In this document: piece after piece, positions 37,795-49,544 of the stretch | Layout of the letters: the number at the start of each line of letters is the position of its first letter | Position numbering within the stretch: position 1 is the first letter of the stretch | Source: Lama guanicoe | Taxonomy: Eukaryota | Direction of reading: 5' to 3' | Length of the DNA stretch: 64,000 bases | NCBI GenBank assembly: GCA_013239625.1 | Contig: MU054187.1 | Coordinates: forward strand, 23,250,795 to 23,314,794 | Translations under genes and position numbers: made by a program | The notes under the pieces: generated by a model | Told to the model about the DNA's origin: nothing | Databases searched by the model: none | What the model saw: the letters and a program-made list of their open reading frames with translations, nothing else

Positions 37795-38500
37795 TCTTTT
37801 AAGGTATATTTTTATTGAAGTATAGTCAGTTTACAATATTGTGTCAATTTCTGGTGTGTAGCACAACACTTCAGTCATATAGGAACATACATATATTCAT
37901 TTTCATATTCTTTTTAACCACAAGTTACTGCAAAATATAGAATAGTTCCCTGTGCTATGCAGTATAAACTTGTTGTTTATCTATTGTATACACAGTAATC
38001 AGTATCTGCAAAGCTTGAACTTCCAATTTATCCTTTCCCACCCACTTCCTCTCCCTAGTAAACATAAGTTTATTTTCTATGTCTGTAAGTCTGTTTCCAT
38101 TTTGTAAACAAGTTCAGTTGTCTTTTATTTTTTTTAGATTCCACATATAAGTGATATCAAATGGTATTTTTCTTTCTGTTTCTGACTTACTTCATTTAGA
38201 ATGACATGCTCCAGGTCCACCCATGTTGCTGTAAAGGCACTGTTTTGTTATTTTTTATGGCTGAGTAGTATTCCAGTATATAAATATACCACAGTTTCTT
38301 TATCCAGCCATCTGTCCATGGACATTTAGGTTGCTTTCATGTCTTGGCTATCATATGTGGTGCTGTTATGAACATTGGGATGCATGTAACGTTTTGAATT
38401 AAGGTTCCTTCTGGATATATGCCCAGGAGTGGGATTTCTGCATCATATGGTAAGTCTCTTTTTAGTCTTCTGAGGAATCTCCATGCTGTTTTCTATAATG
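37795..38500 (-). mobile_element. 5'-truncated L1 3' end (lineage-type)
   Basis: 'ttttattgaagtatagtcagtttacaat...gttccctgtgctat...tagattccacatataagtgatatca...gaggaatctccat'. Confidence 0.92.
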
Positions 38501-38880
38501 GATAAACAAATTGTGGCATGTTCACACAGTGGAATTCTACTGAGCAATGACAAGAAGTGACCTATGGAGAAGCTTAACAACATGGACGGGTCTCAAAATA
38601 ATTATGCTAAAGAAGTAAGATAAAAAAAAATATACACTGTACTATTCCACTTACAGAAAACTCTAGAACATACAAACTAACCCATAGTGACAGAAATCAT
38701 CTTCCCAGGGAGGGAAGAATTAAAAGAGGATGTTAAGAAATTTCAGAAATTGATATATACATTTAATATCTTGATGGTGGTGATAGTTTCACAGGCACAC
38801 AAGTATGTTAAAACTTATCAGATTGGAAGCTTTAAATATATGCATTTATTTCATGTCGGTTATATCTCAATAAAGTGATA
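38497..38880 (+). mobile_element. Older L1 3' end (L1MB/L1MC-like)
   Basis: 'aatggataaacaaattgtgg...ctcaaaataattatgcta...aaaacttatcagattg...tatatctcaataaag'. Confidence 0.7.
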
Positions 38881-39277
38881 AAGGAATGAACAGTATAAAA
38901 TAGATTTAGAGAGGAGGTCAGAAAGCAAATCAGGCAGGCCAACAAGGTCTGCAAAGATTTCAAAATTTTAGGAAGAACTGGAAATTTTTGAAATGTTTTT
39001 AAGAAGGATGAATAAACAATTCAAAGGGCATATATTTGTTGATGAAATTAGGAGGAAACAGAATGTGATCCAGGGTGGATCATTTTTCTTAATGAGTGGA
39101 GCAGTCACGCTGATGGAAGAAATGTAGAATTCACCAACAGCTGCTGCCATGAAACATGTTTCGCCAGTGGAATTGGGGCTCTCAGGGAGCACTGAGATGC
39201 ATTGACCAATAATGACTAATGTTAGGAGAACACTGAGTATGGGATGTTTGCACCAAGGCATGGGAGGGAAGAAAGGA

Positions 39278-39279
<2 letters not shown>

Positions 39280-39350
<71 letters not shown>
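39280..39350 (+). repeat. Poly(A) homopolymer, 71 nt, with an A-rich extension to ~39391
   Basis: Read directly. Confidence 0.95.
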
Positions 39351-39352
<2 letters not shown>

Positions 39353-41477
39353 AAAAGGAAATAGGAAAAGGGAAAAAGAAAAAAAAAAAAAGAACAGGCA
39401 AGAGTGATCAGGGATGGAGCGTGGATTGAAGAAGCTGCCTAAGTTGAAAATTTTGTTAATGCTCTCTTGCAAGTGCCTCAGAATCCCCAAACATCTTTTA
39501 AAACCTGCTTGGTACTGTCATATTTCAGTAAATTTATTTTGGACAGTTTCTTTTTTTTTTAATCGAAAGAGACACTGAGTATTACATCAATCTTACAGTA
39601 ATGAATGATCATATTTCTTAAAGTATCCTTTATTCTTTTGTGTGTGGGTTATTGCCATGGGAACACATGACAATAATTTTATTTCTTCATTAAGAATATA
39701 TAAAACATTAAAATTAGCAGTCATTCAAAAGAAGACACTGGAATGTAGTGATATTGAACTCTAGAAAACATGGTTGAGCTAGAGTGGAATTTTGGTAATT
39801 AATGGTAACAGATTAATAAAGGTTTTTGTACTGTTTTCAAGTACTAATGTAAATCAACTATATAAAGCCAAGGTCTTGACTCATCCACCAATACAACAGT
39901 TTTCCATATTCTCTTTCCTGCCAATTTAGTCAGAAGAATAGCCTGTTTTCCCCAAGAACAGAAAAAGAAGGACGTTTCCTAATGAAAGCCATTTGTAACA
40001 AGAAACAATCGTTACTTAAGAAGGAAGTTAAAAGTTCAGTAAAGTAATTAGGAAGCTAAAAATACTCTTTAAATCACATCTTTTGAAGGCTTCCCTTGAT
40101 GTTCTTTGCATCCAAAGGTGGTCGTTTATATCCTAGGCGTGTGGAATCGATTTCTACCCTCGGGATATACATGCGAGGTTCTACTTGCTCGTCGGACCAA
40201 GGCATTTGCAAGACTTCATTTACAAAATAAATGCTAAGGTGTTAATCCTCTTGCTACCCCATCCACTACTGCAAAAGTGTGCCTTTCCCAGTAATGAAGC
40301 TAGAAATGTTAGTAATGATTTGTGTGTAAAAAGAGGCACTTTGCTAATTAGCAAACAGGACCCCACCAAATACAGTTAATATTTGAATCTCAATTTAAAA
40401 CAGGGAAATGTCCATTATATGTTTAATGAAATCTGAGAGCTACTTTTCGGTGGTGGAGGGAAATTTTCATTATGTTAACTGCGTTTAAGATAAATAACAT
40501 TTAAAAATGTTTGAGTTGAAGTGACTTTAATTGGTTTACTTTTAATCACATGTTAACTTTTTGTTACTGGAACAATTTGTTGATAAGGCATGGCTCAGTT
40601 TACTGCTTACCACTCAGGGACACCACTACCTTAGCGAAGCCTGACAGCATTTTAGTGGGGACAGTCACAGCAAATGTGTTTAACAGAGATGTGAATTCTG
40701 ACTTACTGCATCGTTGTAGTGAGAGTAAGACTGATCATAATTCTCGTTTCACATTTTTGAAAATACTGTAGTAGCATCAACTTTTTGTTGTACATTCCAG
40801 TGTTTTAATTTTTCCCTTCTTAGGGAAAAGAATTTATTTTTTCATGAATTTTTAAATACCCTACCACACTTAATACAAAGGCCTTGCCCATAGTATATTA
40901 TCAATAAAGACATATATAAATCAGGTGTGGCTTAAAAGAAGAGATTTTTATTTTCCTGTACAGCTGTGAACCTGAAATGTCACCATCAAAAACTGTTTTT
41001 TATCCCTAATAATGCCTAAAATAATTTTGGTACTTACTGAATTTCTCTTTTCAAGATTTCACCAGCTAGAGTGAAACATTTATCTTGACTTGATAATTAC
41101 ACTTATAACCGCCAGTAAATTCTAGGCAGGACAATTCAATAATAGCCCACATATAACAAAAAAATTAAACACTTCCACTGAAAGCCTTTGGGAACCAACA
41201 TCTTTGTGCTATTAGATAAAACCGTCCAAATGCTTAATATTAAAGTATCGATAGGTTGCTAATTAGCTCTACATAATACGTGAAATCAAATGGAAGATTT
41301 AAAACGCTAAATGAGAGCTTCTTTTCATGGAATTTTCCACATGAGCATAATCTAAATTTGCTGCAAGGAAATCTAAATCAAATCTAAACTAGGGTTCTTA
41401 TTTATTGAACCTAGAGATGGGACAAGAGCCACACTGTAGTAGCTACTTAAGACTATCTATCATGATTGGGTGTTCTT

Positions 41478-44375
41478 TATGCATATCTTCTTTATCCATT
41501 CATCTATTGATATGCTTCCATTTCTTAGCTACTGCAAATAATGCTGCTATGAACACTAGGGTGTATATTTCTTTTTAAACTAGTGGGTTTTTTTGTTTGT
41601 TTTCTTCAGATAAATATCCAATTGCTGGTCATGGAGTAGTTCTAGTTACAATTTTTTGAAGAATCTCCAAACCAGAGTAGTTGTACCACTTTACATTCCC
41701 ACCAACAGTTCGTGAGAGTTCCCATTTCTCACATCCTCACTAACACTTGTTATTGCCTGTCCTTTTGATGATAGTCATTTTGACAGGTGTAAGGTGATAT
41801 CTCAATGTGGTTTTGATTTGCATTTCCCTGATGACTAGAGACGTTGAGCATCTTTTCATGTGTCTGTTGACCATCTGTATGACTTTTGGAAAAATGCCTT
41901 TTCTGATCCTCTGCCCATTTTTTAATCAGACTGTTTTGTTTTTGTTTTTGTTTTTGTTTTTGTTTTGATATTGAATTGTATGGGTTCTTTATATATTTTG
42001 GATATTAACCTCTTATCAGACATACTGCTTGCAAATATTTTCTCCCATTCAGTAAGTTGGTTTTGTTGATGGTTTCCTTCACTCACAAAAGCTTTAAAGT
42101 TTGATTTGGTCCCATTTATTTATTTATTTTTATTTATGTTGCCCTTGCTTGAGGAGACAAATCCAGAAAACTATCAAGACTAATGTCAGAGAGCTAGTAG
42201 TTTTATAATTTCAGATGTTACATTTAAGTCTTTAATCCATTTTGAGTTTATTTTTGTATATAATGGGAGAAAATGTTCTGGTTTTACTCTCTTAGAAGTA
42301 ACTGTCCAGTTTTCCTGACGCTGTTTGTTGAAGAGACTGCCTTTTCTCCATTGTATATTCGTAGATTAATTGTCATAGATTAATTGTCCATACGGGCCTG
42401 AGTTTATTTCTATGTTCTCTGTTCTGTTCCACTGATGTATGTATTCTGTGTTTTGACCATTGTAGTGTAGGCTGAAGTCAAGGAGTGTGATACGTGCAGC
42501 ATTTACCTTCTTCATCAAGACTGCTTTGGCTATGCTAGGTCTTGCACTGCTTCATACAAATCATGTGATTTCCATCCTTTGTTTTGTTAATGTCTGTATC
42601 ATGTTTATTGCTTTGCAGATATTGAATCATTCCTATTTCGTTGGCATAAATCCCACTTGATCATAATGTATGATCTTTTTTATGTATTGTTGAATTTGAT
42701 TTTCTAATATTTTGTTGGAGATTTTTGTATTGATCTATGTTCATCAGGGATATTGGCCTGCATTTTTTTTGTAGTTTTTTTGTCTGGTTTTGATATCACA
42801 GTAATGCTGACTTCATAAAATGAATTTGGAAGTATTCCCCAACTTCAATTTTTTAAATAGTTTGAGAAAGATACATTCATTAAATTCAAATACATACATT
42901 TAATTCCCCTATGAATCTGACTCATCCTGGACTTTTGTTTGTTGGAAGTTTGGGGATTATTGGTTTGATTTCATTACTAGTAATCAGTTTGTTAAGATTT
43001 TCTATTTCTTCCTGATTAAGTTTGGAGATTGTATGTTTGTAAGAATTTATCCATTTCTTCTAGATTGTCCAGTTTGCTGGTGTATAATGTTCATGGTATT
43101 CTATACTTATTTGTATTTCTATTATAGCTGTTGTAACTTCTCCTGTTTCATTTTTAATTTTATTTATCTGGGACCTATTTCTTTTTTTCTTGATGAGTCT
43201 GGCTAAAGGGCTATCAATTTTATTTTTAAAAACTAGCTTTTAGTCATTGATCTCTTCCATTGTTTTACTCGTCTCTATTTCATTTATATCTGCTCTGATT
43301 TTTTATTTCTTTCCTTCTGCTAACTTTGGGCTTTGTCTGTTCTTTTTTCTTCCAGTTCTATTATTCTTCCAGTTTTATTATAAGTCACATACAGCTCTGT
43401 ACAAGTTCGAGGTGTACAGCATCATGATTTGACTTACATCCATTATGAAATGATTATCACAGTAAATTTAGTGAACATCCATCATCTTATATAGATACAA
43501 AATTAAGGAAACAGAAAAAATACTTTCCTTGTAATGAGAATTCCTAGAACTTACTCTCTTAACAGCTTTCATATATAACATAAAGCAGTGTTAATTACAT
43601 TTATTGTAGTGTACATTTTATCCCTAGTACCTACTTTCCCTGCAACTGGGAGTTTGTACATTTGACTGCCTTCATCTTATTACCCCAACCTCCTGTCTCT
43701 GGTAACAACAAATCTGATTTTTTCTAAGTCTGTTTGTTGTTTGTTTTCAAGTAGGATAATTGATATTACAATGCAATGTTAATTTCTGTTTCGTAGCATA
43801 GATTTGATATTTCTATACATTTCAAAATAATCACCATAATAAATCTAGTTACAATATGTCACCATGCAAATATATTACATAGGTATTGACTATTCCCCAC
43901 ATTGTACTTTTCTTAGCCATGATTCATTTATTTAAAACTGGAAGTGTGTACCTCTTAATCTCTCTCACCTCTTTTCTTCTTCTCCCAACCTCCTTCCCCT
44001 CTGGCAACAATCTGTGTTTTTCTCTGTATCTATAACTTGGTTTCTGTCTTTTTATATTTGTTCATTTATTTTGTTTTTTAGATTCCACATATAAGTGAAA
44101 TCATACAGTATTTGTCTTTCTAACTCTTTTCACTTAGCATAATACCCTCTAGGTCTATTCATGTTTTTGCAAATGGCAAGATTTCAATTTTTTATGGCTG
44201 AGTAATATTCCATTCTTATTCTAATTCCTTCAGATGGAAAGTTAGTTTGTTTTTTGAGATTTTTCTTATTTCTTGATGTGGGCCTGTATTACTATGATCT
44301 TCCCTCTCCGAACAGCTTTTCTGTGTCCCATAGATTTTGGAATGCTGTGTTTCTACTTATATTTGTCCCAAGCTA
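41478..44375 (-). mobile_element. L1 ORF2/3' region, internally deleted and interrupted by a second L1
   Basis: Antisense L1 hallmarks 'tacattcccaccaacag', 'ggttttgatttgcatttccctgatga', 'atgttcatcagggatattggcctg', 'tgtgtcccatagattttgg'. Confidence 0.9.
43362..44214 (-). mobile_element. Nested L1 3' end with an internally repeated 3'UTR
   Basis: 'ttccagttttatt...aggtgtacagcat...tagattccacatataagtga...atggctgagtaatattccatt'; host L1 resumes after 44214. Confidence 0.8.
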
Positions 44376-45904
44376 TTTTCTACATCATGACTTCTGTATT
44401 GCAAGAGCCTGCAGTTTTGACCAGTCCATCCCAGTGCAAACAAATAAAGGAAGAGCACATTTATAGATATAACTAAATAAGACCAGCCAAGTCATTTTTC
44501 ACATCAAAAATAAGTTTTCCCAAAATTTTGACTGAAAGAAGGTGTAAGTAACCAACATTTGGAACCTAATGGCCAAGTAATACAAATAAAATATAATTGA
44601 ATACATTGATTTAATATAAATTACTAGGGGAACTTTGAGTATAAGTTCATCAGGGTCAAGAGACAGGTTTGTGTTCAGCTAAGTTGTCTAAAAATTATTT
44701 CAAGGAAAGCCTATTCATTTAATTCATCGATGGCTCCACTCTTCTTTACAAAAGTAAGATCCAGTACTTCCAAATTTATTTTTCACTTGACCTATCTCAG
44801 AGACCATATTGCCTAAGGAGGCTGGAAAAAAGGAAAAGGAGATCACATGGAAGGATTCGTGGAAAATTCCTTTCAGAACAGCTGGTGTTATGTGTGAGGA
44901 ATTTGCCATTCAATGTGAAGAAGAGAATCCAGCTGTTATCCAAAAACATGAAGACTGTGCTCCCAAGAACAAACAGATCTACCTGAGGAGACTACATCAG
45001 AGTGGAGGAAAAGGAGAAAACTTTATCAGTTGGGAAAATGACTAAATGAACACTCTAATACACCTAAATAAAAGTCATATATTCTCCTAAGATGATGGTA
45101 AAGCTTGTAATGAAGCTGATAGTTATAAGGTACCTAAAGACTCATTCTTCCCTCACAAGAGAACTCTATAATTTCCTTTTATTATAAGCCATCTTTTTGT
45201 GACTCTGAAAACAGCAATAAAATCATGGCCTCACAGAATTTCAAAGTTCTTCCATGAAACACTTTGACACACCCTCCATGGGCTAAATTTCTCCATAATA
45301 AAACCAATGGGAAAAGATTTGCTGAGAATGAGAGCTTCCCAGACTTTACTCTGTTTCTGATTTTTTTTAACAACTCATTTTGGGGTAAACCAGGACATCA
45401 TTTTAGAATAGAGAAAAACAAATGGAATGGATTATGGAAATAGTCTAATAATAATCTGCTTCATTATATTGGTTCCTCTTAAAAGAAGACAATAAAATTT
45501 TTATCCTTCTTTTAACAAAGAGAGAGATCCTGTTCAGAAGGCCAGACCATAACTCAAAGAACATCACATCAGACATGATTTACTACTGAAAACTGTGGGA
45601 ATGAGCCTGGTTTCTGGTACTCATGATGATATGATTTCTACTGGAAATCCCCTGATACTTGGTGTCTTGGTTTTCTGTGGACTTTCATATTTCAGTCATC
45701 GCTACAAGATATTATGGTTTCTTCTACTTTAAGATATTTCAGATGGTACATACATCCATATTTCTAAAACCCCTGCTTATTGAGCTTTTTAAAATGAGAA
45801 ATTATTGCATGTAATTTGGTAACTCTGAAAAACACAAAAATAAATGGCATGAGTGTTTTTTAAAATAAAGATACCCTTAAATTCCACTACAAACAGATAA
45901 ATAC

Positions 45905-46330
45905 TGCAATGGCTAATTTCAACCTTGCTAAGCTATGGTGCCAGCTGTTCAGTTCAACGCTATTCTAGAGGTTGCTGTGAAGGTATTTTGCATTTATAAT
46001 AATTGTCTTTAAGTAAAAGGCATTTCCTTCCACAATGTGGGTGTGGATCATCCAATCTGTTGAAGGCCTTAAGAGCAAAAACCGAGGTTTCCCAGAGAAG
46101 AAATTCCGCCTCAAGATTGTAATGTAGAAATCTTGTCTGACTTTCCAGACTGCTGCCCTGACCTCTGGATCTCAGACTCAAGACTGTGACTTTAACTTTA
46201 GCCTGAGTTTCCAGTTTGTCCTGTGGATTTTGGACCTGCCAGTCACCACAATTACATGAACCAATTCCTCAGAGTTAATCTCTCTCTCTTTCAACGTCAA
46301 CACACATGTATAGTCACTGTCCCTGCTTGT
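45905..46330 (+). mobile_element. MLT2D-like ERVL LTR
   Basis: 'gttgctgtgaaggtatttt...catccaatctgttgaaggccttaagagcaaaaaccgaggtttccc...gcctcaaga'. Confidence 0.85.
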
Positions 46331-46399
46331 CTACTTCGTGTGAACAGAGGAGGGTCCTGAGAGAGGAATAAATACAGTTTCACTAGCACTGGCCAAGGC

Positions 46400-47960
46400 T
46401 TTGCTGGTGGGTCAGATGCCTAGAGGAAAGCCTGGTGGAAAGAAGATCTGTGAATGTACCTATCTGGGTGATAAGACAAGATGAGGGTCTTTGTATCACG
46501 TGTAAATGCCCACCAGGGTGCCCCATCGTTAAGGGACATTAAACAATCAACTAGACAAAATGACTCAGCCAGCTGAAGCCAACTTGTCTTTGTTATCAAC
46601 CAGCCCATTGCTATCCTAGTGCACACATGGAACCATGATGGCAGTGATGAAGGCTGTGTATGGGCTCAGTAACACAGGGTCCCACTCATAAGGCCAAGAC
46701 GAATCCTGTAACTGCTCATTATCTAATGTACTAAACACAGAGATGAAAATTGAAGCCCAAATACAGCACCATCACTTGAGGTAAGTACCAGATTATTGGT
46801 GGCAAGTTGACCTAAAACAGACTCATTTTCTACTGGAAGGAGCAGGGAACTACCATATTACATATATCGTACGCCTCCCCTGCCTTTGGTGCCTCAGTTA
46901 ACTCCAATAACCTAAAGTTTACAGTATTAGGGCCACCTACACAGCATTTCATAAAATATCACCATGAACCAAGAGACCCACTGCACATAGAGGAATTAAA
47001 CTGAACAAAGTTAAACAGTCAAAGAAAAAACTTTGTTCCAAGGCTATTGCAACAGAGGAGAGAAGCCAAAGCTTGGTCTGAATTCTACTTTGTTGAAACA
47101 AGACAGGAAGGTTTCTAATTGCTGGGGTAAGCTAGTGAAAAAGTACTGGAGGACATTAGTGTGGAGGTTGATCAATAGGAAGTGTTAAAAACATTGGGTT
47201 ATTCCTACATTTGGGAAAGATTTTTCTCTGTGATTAGCCGTCTGTGTTTACTAACTGGCACTCATGGAAGCTAGGCTCCTAGCCTTGCACAGAACCTAGG
47301 AGTTAGGGTCTCCACCTTCCTTGATGATTGCATTTCAAAGGAATGGCTCCCGGTCTTTGAAAAAGACTTTCCTGGGTTGCAAAACTGGCAAAAGGCTTTT
47401 TAAAACATTTACATGTCAGAGGAATAGAGAAAGAATTTATAAATACAAGTTTTCTAAAGTAAATGCTTTAAGAAAAAGGAAGTCAAAGTCTTGAGACTAT
47501 CTAAAGTTTACTCAAGCTAAGAGGAATATTAGGGCTCTCTTTGTCACCACTTTACGGCAAAAAGGATGCAGTAGTGGGCACTTGACCAAGATATTCACTG
47601 GTTCCATCAAATCAACTGATGGCTTGATAGATCAATGGAATGACCTCTTGACAACACCCTTCAAGCACAGACTTGGAGATAAGATACTGCAGGAATAGGG
47701 GACCATCCTCTGGGTTGCCTTTATGTACCCTAAATCAATGCATTTTATCTGATGCTGCATCCCACACTGCTAAAGTATACAGATTCAGGAACCAAGGGTT
47801 AGAAGTAGGAGCAGCCCAGTTTACCATCATTTCCGGTGACTCGGGAAATTGTCCCTGCAGAATTTAATTCTGCAGACCCAGAGATTTGCTTCTCAGAAAG
47901 GAAATGCAGCCACAGCGGAGCACAGCAATACTCCATTCAATGCAAAGCTGTAGCTGTTGC
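46400..47960 (+). mobile_element. ERVL-class internal pol remnant (RNase H to integrase), decayed
   Basis: Translatable remnants VFVSRVNAHQ, NNQLDKMTQ, NQETHFTAK, IHWFH and GLIDQWN match ERVL RNase H and integrase motifs. Confidence 0.8.
46982..47546 (-). mobile_element. Solo LTR, ERV1 (MER67-group-like), nested in ERVL integrase
   Basis: TG...CA termini with perfect TSD CCAC (46978-46981, 47547-47550). Confidence 0.85.
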
Positions 47961-49544
47961 TTTGTCTCTTTAAGCTTCTCCTGAGAGGAGACCAGAGAGT
48001 CATATCAGCTTCCAAAGCAAATTGTGTGCATCCCTTTTCCACATGTAACTTAGCATTAGTAGCTTGAAATTAGCCAAAGTGGAAACTGCAAATCCTACAA
48101 ATCCAGGCTTGACAGCCCTACCCTCAAAGTTGGCTCTTTAACATTTACCAGCACACCGCTGACAGCAGGCGGGGGGAGGCATCTCCATCTTAGCAGGAGT
48201 AAGTGACCTAAATTATCATGAAGAGGTAGATGTTCCATTGGAAAAAGCAGTGGTAACTCGTTCAACTTCAGGGAACTTGACCCAAACTGAGGGCCACGAC
48301 AAGTCTCCTGATCACTTCCATGTGTCAGGGAACTAGTTATTACTCCCACACATTACTAAGAACACTTTTTGGGCCCATTTACCGCAAAGGCTCTTAACCT
48401 TTTGGCCCTAAAAAGTAGAAGGAGATTTTCCTCTTCTTATTTAAAACAAAACAAAACAAAGCTTATTCTCCCCAAAGCAGGAAGGGCCAGTGGGAAGGGC
48501 CATTTCCTTCAGGGAAGAACTGCACCCTCACTCACAGGATGTTCTCAGACTTTTCTTTCTTTCTTTTTTTTCCCCCTCTCTCTTTTTTTTTTCTTTTTTG
48601 GCATAGAAAAGGCAATTATAACAGTTTTCAATATATTTTCCAAAATCTTGTGTCATTCTGTCTAAAATAAAACCATGTGGGGAAAAGCATTGCAACATCT
48701 AAATATTTAGAAGTGTATTGTCTCTAATTCTTTAAGGATATAGAAGGTAAACTCATTTGTATTACATATAATACAAATTGCATCCATAGTATCTACATTT
48801 GAAGTTACGTCCCTAAATTAAGTTATGTTCCTAAATTATTTTACTTTTTTGGTAAATTTCCCGGTATCTTTTCTAAAACAAAGGATGTCTGTTTTAAAAG
48901 TAACTGATTTCTTGATCTTCAGACTCAAAATGACCATAATTACCAGTTCACTTACTTTAAAAAATGTTCCTTTTTGTGAACATTCCACTGCACACACACT
49001 TTTTCCTCTCTAAAAATGTATTTTTTATGTGAAGATGTCTTGGAGCATGTTACAACACTTGCTTTTAACATGCTAGTTCTTCTATTCACCCCACAAGCTA
49101 TTATTATATTGACAGATTGCAAATGACAGTATGCCAGAATGAGATTTTCCAGATAAGTGAAAATTTGCTTATCAAAATGTATTTTACACATAGTTTGCAT
49201 ATCAAACTGCATGCTATGTCCAGAAAAGTAGGAGCAAATCAACAAATCTTTACCCATGTCCAGAGTTGTTTTTTTTTTCTTTTTAAAAAATTTGTTGGAA
49301 ATGTAATTATTATTTTGATTCCAAAAGTATGGAAAATTCTAAAATTGTGCTACATCTTGTGAAGTGGGCCTTTAGAAAAGTATTTAAATTTTACATTCTT
49401 CATAACTGCATGATGTCAATTTTTCCCCTTCCCATTTCTAACCGAATTATTTCCTTAAAAAAAAAATCAACTGCATGGTGGTGGACATTTTTGCTGCTTT
49501 TTTGATTCTTATGACTGCAGAATAATTGAGGGGCAGATAGAAAA

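Noticed and set aside
39244..39490. Poly-Lys / poly-Phe ORFs
   Set aside because: Translation of the A71 homopolymer; no coding signal
32619..47550. The two related ERV1 LTRs as ends of one provirus
   Set aside because: They are in opposite orientations, the right copy has its own TSD, and no ERV1 internal sequence lies between them
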